DNA of 23,680 nucleotides from an uncultured archaeon. GTDB taxonomy: Archaea; Asgardarchaeota; Lokiarchaeia; Sigyniarchaeales; SOKP01. The notes under the pieces are model-generated. The model ran no database searches and was not told where the DNA came from. It worked only from the letters and a program-made list of their open reading frames with translations. The stretch is taken from the NCBI GenBank assembly GCA_964525635.1, contig CAZGJX010000069.1:1-23680 (forward strand). Direction: 5' to 3'. The position numbers and the translations under genes are program-made. Below, piece by piece: positions 18,197-23,680 of this stretch; the stretch's first letter is position 1, and each line of letters begins with the position of its first letter.

Positions 18197-18287
18197 TTTT
18201 AATTATATATAAAGATATTGAATTCGACAGAAATATTAATGATTATAAAAATTGTACGGAAGTTAAAATCAATTATATTAGTTATAT

Positions 18288-20480
18288 TTACTTAATTTGC
18301 AAATTCAAATTGATTTTAAATTTCTTTTTTATTTTAAAAATGGGTATTAAATTTATTCCTTGGAAAATATTTTGATATCCCTCATCCGTAAATGTATTCG
18401 TTATTATAGGAAATTTACAGATTTTTGATTCTAAATCAGAATTAATATTAAGTTCAAATGAAAGATCATAAGTATTATCATAAGCTTTAAAGTGATCTCC
18501 TGAAAATTGATAATTATCAATTATTGAATTTCTTTCTATTAATTCACTATCAATATTCTTGCTCTCCCATTTAAATTCTTTTGGATCTCCATTAAGGAAA
18601 AAAGGGATATCAACACCAACATTCAAGTGTTCAACAATTCTATCAACAGAATCTTTATTATCTGAACCAATTAATAATTCTCCGATAATAGATATATTTA
18701 TTTTATTATTTTGAATAGTTAATTCTTTAGTTAATGTACAATTCACTCTCTCATCAGAATCTGTATCTTTAATAGATCCTTCTCTTAAAAGTTCAATAAC
18801 TGCTTTATCTCCATCTTTTTCATTTTTAATTATATCATATTTTCCATCTATGAAATCAGAAAATTCATAGTAATTATCTGCAGCTATCTTATCTAAAGAA
18901 ACATCATCATGCATAAACCTTATCCGAAGCAAACTTCTTCTGAATCTATCGATAAAGATTTTATTTTTCTCTATCTTTTCCTTTTTATGATATGCTTCTT
19001 CCCATCTTGTCAATGTATTTAATATATTATATGATCTAGGTTTATAATCAAGTTCAAAAATGGTTCCACCTTCTGAAGGATTAATGTAAACATTTAAAAT
19101 ATTTGATTCTACGATTAAATCCATCTTACTATCTTTATTGAAATCAATAGGAATTATGCTTATATATGACTCCATTTTTGGATATATCAATGAATTTATT
19201 TCATCAATAAAATTTTCCGCACTTATTAAGGAATTATAAATGGTAAATCTAAGAAACTGTATATAAATTCCTCCAAATAATCCATGCCAATATGGATCAT
19301 TACACTGTGATTTATATATCTCCTCCCAAGCTTGATCTAATTTATTCTTTAGTTTTTGAGTGAAGGATTTATTATCCAAATTATTTATTCTATTTTCTAG
19401 TTGAATGAGCTTTTCTCGTACATAGAGCATTTTTTTATGCATGTTATTTGATTCAGGATATTTAATAAGAAAATACCTCCAGAAACCGCCTTTTAGGAAT
19501 AAATATAGATCCTTTTTAGTTTTATCTTTTCTTAGTGTTTCTCTGAATTTCTCAAATATCCTCCTAATTTTAGTGGGTAAAACCCATTCTTCCATTTTAT
19601 CATAGCTAGCGGTTGGTAAATATATTAAATCTTTAGCAGGATGTTTATCCAAATATTCTGAAAGAGTTAACGAGTTAATAAAATCATTTTTGGTTATTTG
19701 TTCTAGAATTGCGGGTACAAATGGTTTTCCATTATCTCCTTCAAAATGACCCTTCCCCTCAACATAACAAAATTCATGAGTAGATCCCCATACACCCAAT
19801 TTTTCTGCATCTGAAATTAGAAGTGCAATTCTATCTCTATTTTCATCCGCAATCTTTTTTAAATAATCAATAGTTTGGTAAGTTGGTTTCCAAGGAGTAA
19901 GATATCTCAGTTCCTCATTAATTGGAAAAATTCTTAAGGTTTTTCCATTATCTTCTGTTATATATGAATAGAGAGTATCTTCTTGTGTAATTCCTGTTGA
20001 TCTAAAATGATTATCATCTACAATTACATATTTCAATCCAACTTCACTCAAAAAAGAAGGATAATTGGGTTCCCACACTCTTTCTGAAAGCCATGCTCCA
20101 TTTACTTCTAAACCAAATTCTTTTTTTATTAATTCAGATAATTTATTCATTTGAGCTATTTTATCTCGATGAGGAATTATAGCATATATAGGTTCGTAAT
20201 ATCCTCCTCCAATAATTTCAATTTGTTTCCTTTCAGCCATTTTTTTAATTTTATCAATTAAATCAGGTTTGTTGTTAATAAACCATTCAAGTAAATTCCC
20301 TGAAAAATGAAGAGTTATCTTTACTTTGGGATGATTGAATATATTTTCTATTAATGGTTTGTATGATTTTTTATAACAATCCTCAATAACCCATGGAAAA
20401 TTCCCTACTGGCTGATGAAAATGTATAACAATTGGCAGATTTATGCTTTTTTCTTGTTTCATTTCTTTTTTATCTCGCAA
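18288..20480 (-). CDS. GH57 4-alpha-glucanotransferase/alpha-amylase
   Basis: Motifs HFHQP, GGGYYEP, WLSERVWEP (nucleophile Glu), SDAEKLG (acid/base Asp), YLPTASY, KYPESNNMHK and QCNDPYWHG. The start may be TTG 20480 or ATG 20462. Confidence 0.93.
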   Translation of the reverse strand: MRDKKEMKQEKSINLPIVIHFHQPVGNFPWVIEDCYKKSYKPLIENIFNHPKVKITLHFSGNLLEWFINNKPDLIDKIKKMAERKQIEIIGGGYYEPIYAIIPHRDKIAQMNKLSELIKKEFGLEVNGAWLSERVWEPNYPSFLSEVGLKYVIVDDNHFRSTGITQEDTLYSYITEDNGKTLRIFPINEELRYLTPWKPTYQTIDYLKKIADENRDRIALLISDAEKLGVWGSTHEFCYVEGKGHFEGDNGKPFVPAILEQITKNDFINSLTLSEYLDKHPAKDLIYLPTASYDKMEEWVLPTKIRRIFEKFRETLRKDKTKKDLYLFLKGGFWRYFLIKYPESNNMHKKMLYVREKLIQLENRINNLDNKSFTQKLKNKLDQAWEEIYKSQCNDPYWHGLFGGIYIQFLRFTIYNSLISAENFIDEINSLIYPKMESYISIIPIDFNKDSKMDLIVESNILNVYINPSEGGTIFELDYKPRSYNILNTLTRWEEAYHKKEKIEKNKIFIDRFRRSLLRIRFMHDDVSLDKIAADNYYEFSDFIDGKYDIIKNEKDGDKAVIELLREGSIKDTDSDERVNCTLTKELTIQNNKINISIIGELLIGSDNKDSVDRIVEHLNVGVDIPFFLNGDPKEFKWESKNIDSELIERNSIIDNYQFSGDHFKAYDNTYDLSFELNINSDLESKICKFPIITNTFTDEGYQNIFQGINLIPIFKIKKKFKINLNLQIK

Positions 20481-20707
20481 TTCATTATTTAAAATAAATT
20501 TTGATAATATAATATTATAATATTAGGACTTATTCAATCTATTAATATTTGATCTTTCGATTTAGAGTAAATAATTTTTAAAGATTTAAAAAAATGATCC
20601 ATCTCTAATTAACTTCAATTAAGTTTTTCATCATTTAAAGTTAAGATTTTATTCTTTTTCATTCATTATTATTATAATAACCATTATTAGAATTTTATAT
20701 TAAAATT

Positions 20708-21679
20708 ATGTGGAGAGATTATTTATTACATGACCCATTAAAACCATTTCATAACATAAACAATAAAGCTCTAAAATATTTCATAAACAAGGAATTTTTG
20801 GAAAAAGATACTATTTCAATTAAAGATTTATGGAATTTGAAAGCGGCTCAAACTATACTTAAAAAACAGGAGATTAATGGTTCTTGGAAATATCCAACAA
20901 CAAAAATTGATATGAATAGTAAGGAAAATTATAATCAAATTGAAACATATCGACAATTAGGAATTCTTGTTGAAAAATATGGTTTTACAAATCAAAATAT
21001 AACAATAAAAAAAGCAGCAGAGTTTCTATTTAATCATCAAACTGAACAAGGTGATTTTAGAGGTATATATGGAACTCAATATTCTCCAAATTATACAGCA
21101 GCTATAATAGAAATCCTGATAAAAGCAGGATATGAAGACGATCCTCATATAGATAAATGTTTTAAATGGTTAATTTCAGTTAGACAAAATGATGGTGGTT
21201 GGTCAATCCCTATACGAACCCATAATGAAAATTGGAAAGAAGTCATGAATAGTGATAATTCATTAGAACCAATTAAAGAAAAAGTTTTTTCACATATGAT
21301 AACTGGAATCGTTTTAAGAGCTTTTGCAGCTCATTCGATATATAAAAAATCAGAATATGCAAAAAATGCAGGAGAATTATTAATATCAAGATTCTTTAAA
21401 CCAGATAAATATCCAGATCGCCGATCAAAAGAATATTGGCATAAAGTGTCTTTTCCTTTTTGGTTTACGGATATAATTTCTGCTCTTGATAGCTTATCTT
21501 TGATAGAATTTAATAAAGACCATCCAAAAATAAAAATAGCACTAAAATCTCTAAGAAATAAACAACTAGAAAATGGATTTTGGGATTTAAAACTATTAAG
21601 ATCTAAAGATAAATTTCTTAATTATTGGATTAACATTGCGATTTGTAGAATATTCAAAAGGTTTTTTAAAGACCAATAA
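20708..21679 (+). CDS. Prenyltransferase/squalene-cyclase-repeat (alpha/alpha barrel) protein
   Basis: Four QW-like repeats: QEINGSW, QTEQGDF, QNDGGW and QLENGFW. No DxDD cyclase motif seen. Confidence 0.75.
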   Translation: MWRDYLLHDPLKPFHNINNKALKYFINKEFLEKDTISIKDLWNLKAAQTILKKQEINGSWKYPTTKIDMNSKENYNQIETYRQLGILVEKYGFTNQNITIKKAAEFLFNHQTEQGDFRGIYGTQYSPNYTAAIIEILIKAGYEDDPHIDKCFKWLISVRQNDGGWSIPIRTHNENWKEVMNSDNSLEPIKEKVFSHMITGIVLRAFAAHSIYKKSEYAKNAGELLISRFFKPDKYPDRRSKEYWHKVSFPFWFTDIISALDSLSLIEFNKDHPKIKIALKSLRNKQLENGFWDLKLLRSKDKFLNYWINIAICRIFKRFFKDQ

Positions 21680-21749
21680 TCTCTTAAATTAAAATATAGA
21701 CAAAAATTTGAAATTATATATTTTAATAAATTAATAGATTGTTGATTTC

Positions 21750-23504
21750 ATGTCTTTCCTCGACCATATTGATAAAAAGTCATTTGAAAACTTAATGAAT
21801 TCAGAAGGATTTAAAAAATGGCTTTATTCCAAAAGATGGTTTGGAGATAAATCAATATTATCAAACTTAGATTTTCACATCTCAATAGACTATTTTAAAC
21901 TAATTACTAAGAATATACTAATATTAATAATTAAAATATTAAAATCGGATTATAAAGAAACCTACTTTCTTCCATTATTATACTTTTCTGAACTAAATCA
22001 AAATATTAGGAAAACTGAGAATTATAAAGATGAAATTATTGATTTTGAAAATAATTTTTTAAATATACCAATATCCTTCATAGAAAATGATGAGAAGAAA
22101 GAAATTAATTTGAATATTATAGAAGCAGAGTATTGTCTTTATTTTTGGAAGTATTTGCTTTTTAAAAAGGATTTTTATGGAGATTCTAATTCACATTTAT
22201 TAAAATTCAAATTTTTTAATTTAAAATCTCAAAATAATAAAAAAATAACCCAGATTCTAAATTCTCTCAAAAATAAGGATAATTATAAATGTTTTAATTT
22301 TAAAATTGAGCAATTAGGTGGGGGTAATACAACTAATCTATTAATTAAATTCACATTCATTAATCGAGAAGAAGATCAAAAAGATTATCATTCATTTGTT
22401 CTTAAATCATATAAAAAGTTTTCAGAAAAACTGGAACCAATGACTTTAAATATTTTAGCAAAGAATAACTTTCTTTATGTCCCAAAAATTTATGCTACAA
22501 TTAAATTAGATAATAAGGATTTAATCAGTATTATTGAATATATTCCCAATAAAGGAAGTATAGGTGAGATTTATTGGAATGAGCTAAATCATATGATAAA
22601 GGATCTATTTAAAATATCTAATAGAGAATCGATTAATTATTATCAAGATGAAAAAAAAATTTTAAACATAATCAAAAAATATTGTAGAACTTCCATTAAG
22701 ATATCTAAAAATATTAAAATATTCATTCAAAATTTCCATAGAGCAATTATTAATGAAAAAAATGAATATTATTCCACAAAAATAATTGAAGCAGATTATT
22801 ATCTAAGAAATTATATTCATAAATTAATTTTGGTAGTTTTGGATATCGAATATGTCATCAAACAAGATCCCAAAGAATTATTAATAAATACTCCAGAAAT
22901 TAATTCCCTTTTAAATAAAATAAAAGATAATTTACTTAAGATCGTTTCTAATATAAATAATAATGAAATTAAACTCCAACCAATTCATCAAGATCTCCAT
23001 ATGGAACAAATACTTTATGATAAGACAAAAAAGAATTTTGTATTTTATTTAATAGATTTAGAGGGAAATCCAGAATTCTCTTTTGAAGAAAAAAAAAATA
23101 AGTTCCCAATAGAAAGGGATATAGCTTCATTTCTTAGATCCTTCAGCTATATTAAATTCAATTCATTTTTACAATTTATTATAAAAGAATATTTCAGTGA
23201 AAAAAATAAAAAATATTCAATAAGATTTCTCTATAATTTCTTTTTCAATAAAATGAAGAAAAATGGTAAAGATAATCTTGAAAAATTGTTACTTCTATTA
23301 AATAAATGGGAAAATATATTCATAAATAAATTTTTAAAATCTTTGGTTACTAACAGTACCTTAGTTTATATTTTTCTTATAGATAGGATTTTACATGAAA
23401 TACTATATGAGATTCATTTTAGACCTGATAATGTAATAATTCCATTCCTTGGACTCAAAGAAATTGTTAATTGTTTAGGAGAAAAAAAAAATTTAGATGA
23501 TTGA
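21750..23504 (+). CDS. Maltokinase (Mak/Pep2, TreS C-terminal)-like aminoglycoside-phosphotransferase-fold kinase
   Basis: Motifs WLYSKRWFGDK, FVLKSYK, IHQDLHMEQIL (cf. IHGDLHLGQVL), IDLEG (cf. DFEGE), RDIASFLRSFSY and YEIHFRPD. Confidence 0.8.
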   Translation: MSFLDHIDKKSFENLMNSEGFKKWLYSKRWFGDKSILSNLDFHISIDYFKLITKNILILIIKILKSDYKETYFLPLLYFSELNQNIRKTENYKDEIIDFENNFLNIPISFIENDEKKEINLNIIEAEYCLYFWKYLLFKKDFYGDSNSHLLKFKFFNLKSQNNKKITQILNSLKNKDNYKCFNFKIEQLGGGNTTNLLIKFTFINREEDQKDYHSFVLKSYKKFSEKLEPMTLNILAKNNFLYVPKIYATIKLDNKDLISIIEYIPNKGSIGEIYWNELNHMIKDLFKISNRESINYYQDEKKILNIIKKYCRTSIKISKNIKIFIQNFHRAIINEKNEYYSTKIIEADYYLRNYIHKLILVVLDIEYVIKQDPKELLINTPEINSLLNKIKDNLLKIVSNINNNEIKLQPIHQDLHMEQILYDKTKKNFVFYLIDLEGNPEFSFEEKKNKFPIERDIASFLRSFSYIKFNSFLQFIIKEYFSEKNKKYSIRFLYNFFFNKMKKNGKDNLEKLLLLLNKWENIFINKFLKSLVTNSTLVYIFLIDRILHEILYEIHFRPDNVIIPFLGLKEIVNCLGEKKNLDD

Positions 23505-23609
23505 TTTAATTAATATAGTTTTTTGAAATTTAGAATGGCTTTATAACCTTACAACTATTTATAAAAATTTAACAATTCTTAGAAAAATCACAAATTTCTA
23601 TTCTAGTTA

Positions 23610-23678
23610 TCAATCTTTTTTTTTAAAAAGACCAGCCCTAAGGTTATCAGGCTGTACGCTCATCACTGAGTTCAAAAC
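23610..23678 (-). CDS. Possible 3' end of a gene running off the window edge
   Basis: Higher-GC stretch with an open frame ...VLNSVMSVQPDNLRAGLFKKKD*. Too short to confirm. Confidence 0.3.
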   Translation of the reverse strand, partial: VLNSVMSVQPDNLRAGLFKKKD

Positions 23679-23680
23679 AT

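Noticed and set aside
17933-18375. Plus-strand ORFs 17933..18145 and 18160..18375
   Set aside because: They are I/F/L-rich antisense-type translations overlapping the 47-aa minus ORF and the GH57 3' end.
20708-21679. Squalene-hopene cyclase or Rab prenyltransferase call
   Set aside because: Only generic QW-like repeats are visible. There is no DxDD motif, it is too short for a cyclase, and the GTPase in this window has no C-terminal Cys.
23630-23680. Minus-strand GTGATGA-N9-CTGA (C/D-box-like), a CAGCC/GGCTG hairpin and a faint 5S-like GAACTCAG
   Set aside because: Truncated by the window edge, too short for 5S rRNA, and compatible with the 3' end of a coding frame.

Overview
This is a very AT-rich archaeal window, most likely from an Asgard archaeon (Lokiarchaeia-like). 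That call rests on a tailless archaeal histone, a Loki-CTERM-type surface protein, roadblock and longin domain proteins, a Rab-like GTPase and a RING-H2 protein. Housekeeping and metabolic genes include leuB, thiN, thiC, a NUDIX hydrolase, a geranylgeranyl-reductase-family flavoprotein, an iron-sulfur flavoprotein, a U32-family protein, pcm, a GH57 glucanotransferase and a maltokinase-like protein. Five observations stand out. (1) The two track ORFs at 3312..3494 and 3585..4184 are one 290-codon frame broken by a single UAG, and that UAG begins a 15-bp hairpin, making it a candidate recoding or editing site. (2) A roadblock + Rab-like GTPase + degenerate second GTPase protein sits head-to-head with a RING-H2/TPR protein. 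(3) There is a longin-roadblock fusion. (4) The ORF track misses several genes, including one that seems to start at ATA behind a good Shine-Dalgarno (SD) site. (5) A bacterial-type maltokinase lies near the GH57 enzyme. I saw no rRNA, tRNA, CRISPR array or mobile element. All family assignments are from motif recognition by eye, not from database searches.
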